64,000 bases of DNA from Octopus vulgaris (GCA_951406725.2 OX597814.1:107136001-107200000), one strand, 5' to 3'. Positions 26,394 to 38,124 are shown, counted from the stretch's first letter. Notes: generated from the sequence alone by a model not told the origin. Made by a program: numbers and translations.

Positions 26394-26768
26394 GAAGCAC
26401 TCCGACGACGAGGGTTCCGGTTGATCCGAATCAACGGAACAGCCTGCTCGTGAAATTAACGTGTAAGTGGCTGAGCACTCCACAGACACGTGTACCCTTA
26501 ACGTAGTTCTCGGGGATATTCAGCGTGACACAGAGGGTGACAAGGCCGGCTCTTTTGAAATACATGTACAACAGAAACAGGAAGTAAGAGTGAGAGAACG
26601 TTGGGTTGAAAGAGTACAGCAGGGATCACCACCATCCCCTGCCGGAGCCTCGTGGAGCTTTTAGGTGTTTTCGCTCAATAAACACTCACAACGCCCGGTC
26701 TGGGAATCGAAACCGCGATCCTATGACCGCGAGTCCGCTGCCCTAACCACTGGGCCATTGCGCCTCCA
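26393..26768 (-). mobile_element. tRNA-derived SINE family A (head 1 + tail 1), well preserved
   Basis: Minus strand GGAGGCGCAA-TGGCCCAGTGG (A box)...GGTTTCGATTCC (B box); 3' stem-loop GTTCCGTTGAT-TCGG-ATCAACCGGAAC. Confidence 0.9.
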
Positions 26769-26779
26769 CATATATATAT

Positions 26780-27855
26780 TGTTACGGGACCCCCGAAAGT
26801 TGCTACGGAATCCCACCTGCCGTCGCTCGAACTCGAACCCGGGATCCCAACAAGTCGAGTGACGACGATTGACCAGGCTCGATCGATCGGCGAATGTTCG
26901 CCACGGAACTCAGAGAGGAGAGAGACAACAATAACAACAACAGCTGCAGGAAGAGACACAGAGGCAATCGGCTTACATTTAACCTACTAGTTTATAACAC
27001 TTTATAATTGTTACAACATCAAATAAATCAAGATACATATCAGGTACATCAAAGAGGAAATACATGCAAGAAACAACACATCAAAGCATTCGGGTACAAT
27101 AACAGTTCAGATTGATGCAATATACAGTCCGGAGACAACAGTTCTGTTTCAAATCACATTAACGTTACAGTTCAGAGGACAATTAACACATATACGTTCA
27201 ATGTTCATTAAATTCTTTTCAGACTACAACAGAGTCTTTCTTTTCAACAACTCTGTACACAATGTCTTTACACAGTTCTCTTTTTTTCCTCTCTTCAACA
27301 CTGTCCTTCAAAACAATGTTCATTTCTTTTACATTTCAATACATCGATTCTTTTTCCTTCTTTTTTTTTCCTTTAGCACTGTTCTTTCTCTTTTACAAAT
27401 ACAAACATAAATAAACATATACCGTTACATTTTCAGTTACAAACTCCCACTACGAATAGCCATGCCTTCTCGCCGTAATCTCTCCCAGTTCCTTAATCTT
27501 CTCTGCCTGTCTTCCTCTGTCACAGCAGAACAACCATTACTAACTCGCTGTACAATCCCAACTGTTCACTGCTCCTCACAGACTCCCAACGCCGACCGCC
27601 TGCCTTGAATCCCAAATGCTGACTGCCTTTCCATCTCTCACAGCAGAAACAACTTGCTCTGTCCTCGACTTCCAGCCGACTGTGTTTACAGCTCAAGGTT
27701 CTTCCTTTTTAAGGGGTGTTTAGAACGAACTTTCATTCACCTGAAAGGGGTCGCAGGTCTACCCAGAACCATTCAATCCACCTGAATCTGACAGGACAAT
27801 GGATCTATTCCAAAGTAGGTCGCAACCAACTGTCCTTAGATTGAACCATTCATAG

Positions 27856-27857
<2 letters not shown>
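26780..27857 (-). mobile_element. Probable solo LTR
   Basis: ~1.08 kb unique block bounded by TG...CA with imperfect terminal inverted repeats (TGTTACG / CATAGCA), inserted in (TA)n. No coding capacity. Strand is tentative. Confidence 0.55.
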
Positions 27858-27902
<45 letters not shown>

Positions 27903-28733
27903 CATATATACGACGGGCTTCTTTCAGTTTCCGTCTACCAAATCCACTCACAAGGTTTTCGTCGGTCCGAGGCTATAGTAGAAGACACTTGCCCAAGGTG
28001 CCACGCAGTGGGACTGAACCCGGAACCATGTGGTTCGTAAGCAACTACTTACCTCACAGCCACCTCACTTTTTGCCAGCTGAGTGGATTGTAGCAACGTG
28101 AAACAACGCACTGCTGGTATTCGAACCCAGCAGTACCCTAACCACTAAGCCACGCGCCTTCACATGAAGAAGAGTTACTATGGAGGAAAAGTGACTTTAC
28201 CGACTCAGGTAATTTGAACGACATACATGTCAGTTAAAAACGGTTAAACCCCAGTTTTGCATTTCTTTCGTTACAACCCGTGTAGCATGCATTCTGATTA
28301 CGTTGCAGATGAAAAAGAAACATCGTAAAAATTAGATGAAACCAGATAAAAGAGAAGCAATAAAGTTTAGTGTAAGGAAGGAAGGGAGACAGACGAAGTG
28401 ACGAGTAATAAATAGAAACTGGCGGAAGAGAAAGCATCAAGATAACTATGATTATATAACAGAGTAACTGATATTTTGACAGAGACGGATGAGGGTAAAA
28501 CATAATCTGATTGCATCTTATATAATCTAATTTATGGAATTATCGGTCTGTCTGTGCAATTCCGTCCGGATTCTATAGTGTAATCTGAAAAAAGCTAACA
28601 TCGCTTAAACCGGGGGAAACCAAACCGGGGGAACAGACGTGAACTGACGACGGGTCATTGTGGTTTCTTTTCCTTTGTTTTGCGTTTTATTTTTGTACAG
28701 AAGCTTTTCAAGGATTTGATGTCGCTAATCTTT

Positions 28734-28773
<40 letters not shown>

Positions 28774-28858
28774 CGTGTGTGTGTGTATACGTGCGTGTGT
28801 GCGGGGGGGGGGGGGGCGTGTGTGCGCGCGCCTATGCGTGAGGTGTGCTGGATTGAGC

Positions 28859-28895
<37 letters not shown>

Positions 28896-28916
28896 CGCAG
28901 AAGTCATACATACATA

Positions 28917-30030
28917 CAGGGCCGAGCCTAGGGTTGCTGACAGTTGTGGAAATTTCCGGATCTTTTCCTTTTGAACGGCACATGTCAACACAATTTCTAG
29001 TTAACTAAACACTTTAAAACTTCGTATACTGGTAGAATGTGTCAAAATAAAACATTGTTTTTCTTGGCTTTCTTGAGAAAATTGTAATTCGTTTGTTTAA
29101 CGTAGTTTAATTTTTCGAATTTTAACCAATCAATTGCCTCTAATTGAGCAAAATCATTTGCTGCGTCGAAAACTGAGACAACATCCTGTCACTAACCCTA
29201 ACCCTCACCCTCATCCTCACCCTAACCCTAAATTTTAGCCTTTCGTTAATTGTTAGATTAATTTAAGGATAACAATTAAGAAAAAAAGAAAAACGAAAGG
29301 CTAAAACGAAAGGCTAAAACGAAAGCAATGGAAAATAATTTAAACAATTAACAAACAAAATAATTCTATAATTTTATACACACGCTTTCCGTACGTATAC
29401 ATAACGAAAGGCTAAAACGAAAACAAAAGCTCAAAACAAAACCAAAACGAATAATTTTAGACACACGTGTAACAATTAAATTAATTTAACAATTAAGAAA
29501 AAAAAATTTAGGGTTAGGGTTAGGGTTAGTGACAGGATGTTGTCTCAGTTTTAGACGCAGCAAATGATTTTAGCTCTCTAGAGGCGATTCATTGGTTAAA
29601 ATTCGAAAAATTAAATTACGTTAAACTTACAAATTACAATTTTCTCAAGAAAGCCAAGAGAAAAAAATGTTTTATTTTGGCACATTCTACCAGTATGCGT
29701 AGAATGTGCCAAAATAAAACATTTTTTTCTCTTGGCTTTCTTGAGAAAATTGTAACTAGAAATTGTGTTGACATGTGCCGTTCAAAATTGTTGACATGTG
29801 CCGTTCAAAATTGTAACTAGAAATTGTGTTGACATGTGCCGTTCAAAAGGAAAAGATCCAAATTTCCTTGTCTTTGTCACGTCCTCCTTGGCGCCCCCTT
29901 GCATATGGTACCCCCTAGCATATGGTGCCCCCCCCAGCATATGGTGCCCCCCCCCCCCAGCATATGGCACCCCCTATCATAGGGCGCCCCGGGCGACTGC
30001 CCGAGTTGCCAGTACTTTGAGTCAGCCCTG
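28917..30030. mobile_element. hAT-like MITE with internal GCATATGGTGCCCCC repeats, interrupted by a foldback element
   Basis: TIRs CAGGGCCGA / TCAGCCCTG; near-matching 8-bp flanks CATACATA / CATACACA. Confidence 0.65.
28958..29859. mobile_element. Foldback DNA transposon (MITE) with ~270-bp TIRs, GG...CC ends, 8-bp TSD and internal TTAGGG repeats
   Basis: GGATCTTTTCCTTTTGAACGGCACATGTCAACACAATTTCTAGTTA is mirrored at the right end; perfect TSD AAATTTCC at 28950-57 and 29860-67. Confidence 0.92.
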
Positions 30031-30150
30031 CATACACACAAACACACAAACGTACTGAGACACGCAAGAACAAGAGGATAACTATGGACAACTGCTTCAA
30101 CCCTCCAGCTTCTACAGCCGGATTTATAAATTCACATTTATTCACCAATA

Positions 30151-30460
30151 ATCACCGTGATCACCGTGACCGACCAGGCTATCAGATGTTGCTACACATC
30201 GCTGGTCACAATGCGCTTCGCATTGTTTTAGCCTTCAAATGACGCCACCCCGCTGGCTAAGCGAGCAGGCCAACTGAAGAAAGAGTGCGATAAAGTTGCG
30301 GCGAAAGAGTACAGCAAGGATCGCCACCACCCCTGCCGGAGCCTCGTGGAGCTTTATGTGTTTTTGTTCAATAAACACTCACAACGCCCGTCTGGGAATC
30401 GAAACCGCGATCCTACAACCACGAGGCCGCTGCCCTAACCACTGGGCCATTGCGCCTCCA
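30151..30460 (-). mobile_element. tRNA-derived SINE family A (head 1 + tail 2)
   Basis: Head nearly identical to 26590-26768; the 3' ~120 nt are unrelated to tail 1 and end in (CACGGTGAT)2. Confidence 0.9.
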
Positions 30461-30464
30461 TGTT

Positions 30465-30640
30465 TATACCAATAATAACAGGTGGATTTGTTTTGTGAGT
30501 AAATACCTTTGTGACAATCTGGATAAGCTAGGATTTTCAGAGAAAGAAATTAGCCACGCATAGCGTACATTACGAAGACAATCTCTAAGTGGAACTTAGA
30601 ATATACAAGACTTCCGCATTAACTTTCACACTCGCGCTCC
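30465..30640 (+). mobile_element. 3'-end fragment of an RLE-type LINE
   Basis: FVSKYLCDNLDKLGFSEKEISHA*RTLRRQSLSGT, homologous to the two minus-strand fragments that follow. Confidence 0.55.
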
Positions 30641-30779
30641 CGGCTATAATTAAGATGAATTCCCAAGTGTCGTCTGATCGTAGCATTATGTGTGTTTGGT
30701 TGATTCATCCAAGGTTGACATGATGTAGGAATATGTATGTATGTACGTGCGTGCGTACGTACGTGTGAGTGTGTGTCAT

Positions 30780-31200
30780 TATTGTTTTATTTCAAGATGT
30801 CTTGTCAATAGAGAAAGAGCCGGTTTTTAACCCAGATCCATGGCTCCTTCATTGAAATTTCAACAACATCAACATGGTATTTTTGTATGTATATGTGCAG
30901 ATTTGTATGCTTTTTTATGTATTCTCATGCATAGAGTTGTATATCTGGATACGCTCGTATATATTTAAATGATAAACTTCTGGAAAGTTTTACAGATTTT
31001 TACAGTTCCAGTAATGGATTGGATCTGTAGTCTTCGAATCAGCTTTCTCCTTTCTGGTTTTGTGAAGCCTAATTTTTCTAGATTGGTATTTAGGCAGTAT
31101 GTTTACATATCCCAGTGCTTCAATAATTACTGGTATAAACCTGTACTTGTAATCTGGATAGAGTAACTGCAAATTTCTCATTAGTTCAGCGTAGGTATGT
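30780..31200 (-). mobile_element. 3'-end fragment of an RLE-type LINE with 3' UTR
   Basis: YAELMRNLQLLYPDYKYRFIPVIIEALGYV; after a frameshift NLEKLGFTKPERRKLIRRLQIQSITGTVKICKTF (compare the PIIVGALG motif of RLE ORF C-termini). Confidence 0.75.
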
Positions 31201-31209
31201 ATGTCTCTT

Positions 31210-31470
31210 CTATTTTGTTAATTATCATAAATCTTCCACCGAGGAGGGAGTCAGGTTTCCAACAAAGATACAAGGCTCCGTCTTTGGGATGCAGTTAACA
31301 CAGACTAATTCACATTTGGAACTTGCGAAAAGTCCTGCGTATTTTTACTGTTCCACTCACAGATTGCACCTGTAATGTATGAATTAGTTGGTCGATTTCT
31401 CTTTCTGAAAATCCCAGTTTATCCAGATTCTCCTCTAAGCATTTACTAACAAAACCTAGTGATCCAATTA
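31210..31470 (-). mobile_element. 3'-end fragment of a related RLE-type LINE
   Basis: LGFVSKCLEENLDKLGFSEREIDQLIHTLQVQSVSGTVKIRRTF. Confidence 0.65.
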
Positions 31471-31950
31471 TTATTGGTATGAATATGAATTGTGTGTGTG
31501 TATGTATGTATGTATGTATGTATGTATGTATGTATGTATGTATGTATGTATGTATGTATGTATGTATGTATGTATGTATGTATGCATGTGTGTGTGTATG
31601 TATGTATGTATGTATGTATGTATGTATGTATGTATGTGTTTCCTAGGTTCTTGCCCAAAATTCGAACCCTAACCTGCATTTTTCTGCAAGTTCCCTTCCT
31701 GTTGTTCTCAACTTTTTCACTTAGAAATTTATGAGAGTCAACTGTCACACTTGGTTAAGTTTTATTGTTTCAGTGAGCATTCTTGGGTTAAATACACTTC
31801 AACAAAAAAAACCATTACTTCTCATTGTTCTCTGACCTACAACCAGCTTTCCAACATATATAAATACAGTAACCAGGTTCGATTCTACCTCTCTTCGCTT
31901 GGCCCTAGACCAAAGGAGCACTTCACGTATGGCCTGTTATCGTGCAAATA

Positions 31951-32444
31951 CCGTAAATCCTCGAGTATAATCCGCAATTTTCACCCAAAATTTAAAGGTC
32001 AAAATCCTTAGTGCGTGCTATATACGAGGTTAAAAATGGAAGTTATTTTCTAAGCAATGTCCGAGTCTCTATTTGCTGTCCGGCAATGTTTAATCAGACG
32101 CATTTTGTGATGTCGGGCGCGAAAATATCTTAAGCTAAGCCAGAAAGCAATGAAGTCATAAAAGAATCGTCCATAGCTTGCAGTAAGCAACATTTATTAA
32201 ACGTTATTACTGTTATTTCTTTATTTTCTGCAAACAAAATGCACAAAAAAGCTACACGTTTGCATTATGTTATATATACAATAATAATAAAGGACGTTAC
32301 CGTATAAATTTTTACAAACCAAGGACGTTATATAGACCTCCTTGACTCAAGTTAGAAAAGGGGTGCGTATTATACACAAGGTTTAAGTTTTTCAGAGGTA
32401 CAGCCCCTAAAAATCCCTTGCGTATTATACTCAAGGATTTACGG
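31951..32444. mobile_element. Tc1/mariner superfamily (Tc2/Kanga-like) MITE
   Basis: TA|CCGTAAATCCTCGAGTATAA ... TTATACTCAAGGATTTACGG|TA; second copy at 46463. Confidence 0.88.
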
Positions 32445-32691
32445 TACATAACTTTCACCCTTTCTATTTGTCAATACAGTGATGTAGATTCTTTTATTCG
32501 TTTCCCCTCTCTTTCATCCGTTCTTCTAGCAGTCAACAAAAGATGAATTTACCCACAGAATAAATAAACAGAACGGCAAATATTCTATGACAATCCGAAG
32601 AAGTTGTATCTTACATTGTAACTATGAAAAATAAAGGGCCATTTCAACTAATTATATATTTTCTTCCGCTCATTTATTTGCTACATATAAA

Positions 32692-32924
32692 CCCTTTCTA
32701 CTATAGACACACGGCCTGAAATTTGGGGGGAGGGTACTACTAGTCGATTACATCAACTCAGTGTATCACTGGTACTTAATTTATCGCTCCCCCCTCCCAC
32801 CGAAATGATGAAAGGCAAAGTCGACCTCGGCGGAATTTGAATTCAGAATGCAGTAACAACGGGCGAAATATCGCTAAACATTACATCCAGCGTGCTAACG
32901 ATTCTGCCAGCTACCCCCGCCTTT
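32692..32924 (-). mobile_element. SINE family B monomer with 15-bp TSD
   Basis: TTTGCTACATATAAA at 32677-91 and 32925-39. Confidence 0.85.
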
Positions 32925-33125
32925 TTTGCTACATATAAATTGTTAGAATTTTGGTCGCCCCTTGCTACATTTAATCGTTACATATATATGTATATCTACT
33001 TATGTGTATGTGTATGTATATGTGTGTGTATGCGAGTTTGTGTATGTGTATGTATCGATCGGTAATAGATAGCTAGATAGATAAATTGATAGATTGATAC
33101 ATAGAAGGATATAAATAGCTATACG

Positions 33126-33193
<68 letters not shown>

Positions 33194-33919
33194 CCGACAG
33201 ACAGACAGACGACTGACAGAAAGATAGATCAGATGAGATGTTATACGTTATGTAAAAGTGAAACACAACAAATCCATTTTGTAAAAGATTTAATTCTGAA
33301 TAAGAATCTGGAGATAAAAAAATATTTAATTAACCATTTTAAATGTTTCCCATAAAAGATAAAATACTCCAAGCTTTTTCGACGTTTAAAGCGGTGTTTG
33401 TATGGGTTTGTATTTGTGTGTGTGTGTATATTGCTTACAGTTTTTTAAAAAGAACATCTCCCTTTCGGTATTCGTCTAGAGTGTCATTCACCCTATTTTT
33501 CAGCCAAGTTTCTTTATCTGTCATAAGAAAACGTGTGTTGGGAAATGACGTCGTCTACCAATACCGAAGGACTGCTAAAAGTTCGTCTACATAACATTCT
33601 TTTATGCGAGGTAAATGTAAGACAAGTTCCAAATTTTGGCTTGATTTTTTTAGCTTTCGCTTGGATTTTTTAATAAAATTCTTGTTTGGACAGACTGTGT
33701 TGAAAAACGACTCTAAGACCATAACATGAACTTTCACGATGTCGTTTGTGATTTAAAGACATTTCAAGCAGCGAAGAATCGTTGAACAGCGAATCACTTG
33801 CAGCTGAGCTGAAACTACATAATGAATGCGATATTGGAAAAGAACGACGCCCGAGAAAGAATAAATATCTCGTGGAAAATCCAAGGATTTAAATGTGAAG
33901 GAAGAAATGATGAGCATAA

Positions 33920-34288
33920 TTGTTTCTACTCTAGGCACAAGGCCCGAAATTTTAAGGGAGGGGCCCAGTCGATTAGATCGACTCCAGTATGCAACTGGTA
34001 CTTAATTTATTGGCCCCGAAAGGATGAAAGGCAAAGTTGACCTCGGCGGAATTTGAACTCACAACGTAGCATCAGAGGAAATATCTATTTCTTTACTGCC
34101 CACAAGGGGCTAAACACAGAGAGGACAAACAAGGACAGACAAACGGATTGAGTCGATTATATCGACCCCAGTGAATAACTTGTACTTAATTTATCGACCC
34201 CAAAAAGGATGAAAGGCAAAGTCGACCTCGGCGAAATTTGAAATACGGCTACGCATTTCGTCCGGCGTGCTAACATTTCTGCCAGCTC
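33920..34288 (-). mobile_element. SINE family B dimer
   Basis: Reverse-complement match to the consensus. Confidence 0.85.
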
Positions 34289-34712
34289 TATATCTTAACA
34301 ATCGCTACAAACGTTGGTTTTTTAAAAAAATTTATTTTATTTTCCACTCACGCTTTAAATTATATTAAGAGAGGGAGACACGGACAGACAGGGAAAATTA
34401 GCAAAAGATGTGCAAGGTGAATGCACATACTAGGCTTAGCGGCATGCAATGAGTAAAGAAAGACTAGGCATGCGCGCACGCACACACACACACACACACA
34501 CATAGATAGGAGATACAAAAATTCGCGAAGTCAGAGAAGGAGTAAATAAATGATTATGGGCTGGGGGTTGTACAAATGAGAAAATTGCTTTATTTGACTT
34601 TCAGGTAATAGACATTTTTCTTTTGAAAACTATTATTTTCATCAATTCGTATAAGCCCCCAAAAACTTTCTGATATTAACCGTAATGGCAAAAGTGTACT
34701 TCCAACGTTATC

Positions 34713-35464
34713 TGTTATGTAACTCGAGAACATATTTTGTAGCGATGATTCGAAACCGAACCAATAGGTAACCGATCAGACATCACAATCAAACCACAGC
34801 AGTTTCACAGGATCAGCCTATCAAGCAACCAGTCTGCGTCAAGCTGTCATGTGACTCAATGTTCAAGAATCTTCTTGTGTCTTATAAAAAACCGTTTTGG
34901 CGTTAATTTATTGTAGTGTTGGAAGGCGGCTGAGCGATATACACCTCCACTCAGCGACTCACGCAGATCGCTGAGACCGGTCGATCATTCATACGTCTCA
35001 CCTTTTGCCATGTAGAGTGTTGGAAGGCGGCTGAGCAACCTGTTCCTCCACTCTAGCCAGACAGCCCACGCAGATGGTTAACACAGATTGCAGAATGTTG
35101 GGGCAGCTGTGCATTGTGGCTCCATTCTTGTCACAGCCTGACGGCAAAGACAGAAGATAATCTGTCACAGCCAGACGGTAAAGACAGATGATTGACAGGA
35201 ATCTCCATCGTCACGAATATAGCACAGTAATTTTCCATTTATGATGAGCCAACCACAGATTGATGTATCAGTTAACTTGTCGTAAATCCCAAGCAGTATG
35301 TCTTTCCCGGTATATAATTATTGCTGTTAGTATCTGTAAAAAACCAACATAATAATAAAATCTTCTGTTAATTGTTCACGAATGTTGCTAGTTACTTCTA
35401 CGCGCAGCCAAAGAAATTCATTTTCATTTAGTAACTCACTTAGTCAACCACAGCGCCAGCAACA
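34713..35464 (+). mobile_element. Solo-LTR-like repeat
   Basis: TG...CA ends, TATAAAAA near 34883, AATAAA near 35354, internal duplicated GTGTTGGAAGGCGGCTGAGC, and a related copy at 17.3-18.2 kb. No clear TSD. Confidence 0.5.
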
Positions 35465-35774
35465 AACACGATAATCCAATAAAAAATGTTGGTTGGTCGG
35501 TCGGTCGGTCGGTTGGTTAATTTCTCCATTCAGCGCTTTACATGGTATAAAGAGAGGGGGAGAGAGAGTAGAAGAGAAAGGGAGTTAACAAAAGGTGCAG
35601 GATGAATGCGCATACTAGGCTTGGTAGCGGGAAATGAGTAAAAGAACATAGAGACAGACACACAGTGAAATAAAAGAAATAGAGACAAAGTAGGAAGAAG
35701 AGGAAGAGGAAGAGGAGGAGGAGGAGAGCTAAAGACAGAGTAGTTATGGTATATGATTATACAGAAAAGCGAAG

Positions 35775-36170
35775 ATGTGGCTGTGTGGTAAAAAGTTTGC
35801 TTCCCAACCGCATGCTTTCAGGTTCAGTCCCACTGCGTGGAACCTTGGGCAAGTGTCTTCTGCTATAGCCTCGGGCCGACCAAAACCGTGTAAGTGGATT
35901 TGGTAGACGGAAACTGAAAGAAGCTTATCCCATATGTGTGTGTGTGTGTGTTCGCGCGCGCGCATGTGTGCGTGCGTATCCGTCCTACCTCCGCTTGACA
36001 ATCATTGCTGGGTGTGTTTACATCCCCGTAACTTAGCAAGTTCGGCGAAAGAGACCGATAGAATAAGTCTCGGGCTTTAAAAAAATAAGGACTGGAGTCG
36101 ATTCGTTCGAGTTGGTGCCCCAGCATGGCCGCAGTCTAATGAATGAAACAAGTAAAAGAATAAAAGAAAA
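35775..36170 (+). mobile_element. tRNA-derived SINE family C (CORE-like ACCTTGGGCAAGT, internal microsatellite)
   Basis: A-box TGGCTGTGTGG, B-box-like GGTTCAGTCCC, tail GAAACAAGTAAAAGA; more than 10 copies in the window. Confidence 0.88.
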
Positions 36171-36264
36171 GAATATAATCACATTTCCATCTGGCTCCTC
36201 ACTCCTCGTTCCTCTTCCTCTCTCTCTGACTATTCCTCTTTCTCATCCCACCTATGCTTTTCTC

Positions 36265-36303
36265 TTTCTTCTGATGAAGGACTAACGTCCGAAACATAAG
36301 GAA
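36265..36303 (+). ncRNA. Minimal type I hammerhead ribozyme motif
   Basis: TTCTT CTGATGA A GGAC TAAC GTCC GAAAC ATA AGGAA: 5-bp stem I, perfect 4-bp stem II, intact core. The stem III CG has decayed to CA. Confidence 0.7.
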
Positions 36304-36475
36304 TCCTTTTTTCCTCTCCACAGAAGCATTAAGCTAATATCGTGTTTATTATCTAACATTGCGCCCTCTGGGATGTCTTTTTTCTTTTAAAGAGCTCTCG
36401 AAACGGTAAGATGAAATTTGAGGAAGGTATGGATGCTATTTCTAGTAGGTACAGCAACCAGGTATACTACTACTA

Positions 36476-36551
<76 letters not shown>

Positions 36552-36753
36552 GGTAATAGTAGTAGTAGTTCTTTAGGCCCAAGTCAGGCCTGATTGAGAA
36601 ATATTTATGATTAAAGACGTTCCAGTCGTGGCAATTCCGACTTCCTTCGTTCTTTTATTTCGCTTCTGGACAATGTGTCCCTTCTTTAAAAAACGATAAG
36701 GTATGATTTGGAGACGGATTGGGCTATTAGAGATAGCAGGTCGAGAGAGAGAG

Positions 36754-36826
<73 letters not shown>

Positions 36827-36883
36827 AAGAGAGAGAGGAAATGACTTTGTGCAGACAGGTGACTTCGTGTATTTTTGTTGCTC

Positions 36884-36918
<35 letters not shown>

Positions 36919-37241
36919 ATCACCACCACCGCCACCACTACTACCATCATCACCGCCACCATAAATGCTAGCACCACCACCACCACCGTTACCATCATCA
37001 TCACCAACAAGAGCAACAACCATATGTGGCGGTGCTTCTACGGTGCGATCAGGACTAGAAAACGGTTGGAACCAGTGAAATAATTACAACAATCACCATG
37101 GCAACAACGACCGGGACCACCACTAAGACTGCTACAACAACAATAACAGCAGCAGCAGCAGCAGCAAGGCAGCAACAAGTCACACTTAGAGACAGCCACG
37201 ATTCAATAACGATCAACATACGTCAGTCGTGAATGTCATGG

Positions 37242-37271
37242 CTACTACTACTACTACTACTACTACTACCA

Positions 37272-37320
<49 letters not shown>

Positions 37321-37322
37321 CA

Positions 37323-37365
<43 letters not shown>

Positions 37366-37503
37366 CACTACTACTACCACTACCACTACTACTACCACTA
37401 CCACTACTACTACCACTACCACTACTACTACCACTATCACTACCACTACCACTACCACCGCCACTACTACTACTACTACTACAGCTACTGCTGCTGCTGC
37501 TGC
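37242..37503. repeat. (CTA/CCA)n trinucleotide microsatellite
   Basis: Direct inspection; gives poly-T/V/L pseudo-ORFs. Confidence 0.95.
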
Positions 37504-37677
37504 TATCAACATTATCAGCAGGAGTATCAATAACAGCCCCCCCCCAACTATCACCATTATCACTACCATCACCATCATCATCAGACTATATCCTCCTCCC
37601 CCTCCTGCTCATCACTCCTACCACTTGTTTTGAGTTATAAATATAAATTGGATCTCTCTCTCTCTCTATCTCTCTCT

Positions 37678-37739
<62 letters not shown>

Positions 37740-38124
37740 TATGCGTATTTTCTTGGTCTCAAATCACGCTCCACCGTCTTAAAAACAGTAACAGATGAGC
37801 TGGTCATGGCTGGATTGTCTTCGGTCATAACCGACCTGGGACTTAACATCCACATGAACAATATATTAGCAGAGTTAAGGCGGCGAGCAGGCAGAGTTGT
37901 TAAGGCTTAGCGGCATTTCGTCTGCCGCTACGTCATGGGTTCAAACACCATCGATGTCGACTTCGCCTTTCATCCTTTCGAGTCGATAAAATAAGTACCA
38001 GTTTAGTACTAGAGTCGATATAATCAACTTACCTCCGCCCCTCCCCGAAATTACTGGCCATTGACCAACATTTGAAATCGATACATTGACAGAGTCGGCA
38101 GAGCATCGGATAAGAATATAAACT

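Larger units (their letters stand above)
26161..28062 (-). mobile_element. SINE family C split by two nested insertions in its internal (TA)n
   Basis: The 3' part (26161-26390) and 5' part (27905-28062) join to give a full family C copy. Confidence 0.8.

Noticed and set aside
26605-26665. HDV-like ribozyme in family A head (AGC-TCCACG..GG-CAGGGGAT..ATCCCTG)
   Set aside because: L3- and P4-like pieces exist, but P1, P2 and the J4/2 C-N-R-A motif cannot be assembled in the required order.
26690-26768. Functional tRNA genes at SINE heads (also 30385-30460, 43597-43660, 58172-58240)
   Set aside because: A and B boxes are present, but acceptor stems and cloverleafs are incomplete and the heads are fused to repeat bodies.
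29193-29529. Relic of a chromosome-end fusion (inverted telomeric repeats)
   Set aside because: The repeats are short, point away from the fusion orientation and are integral to a TSD-bounded transposon.
37213-37640. Poly-Thr/Val/Leu ORFs (mucin-like)
   Set aside because: Pure (CTA/CCA)n microsatellite.
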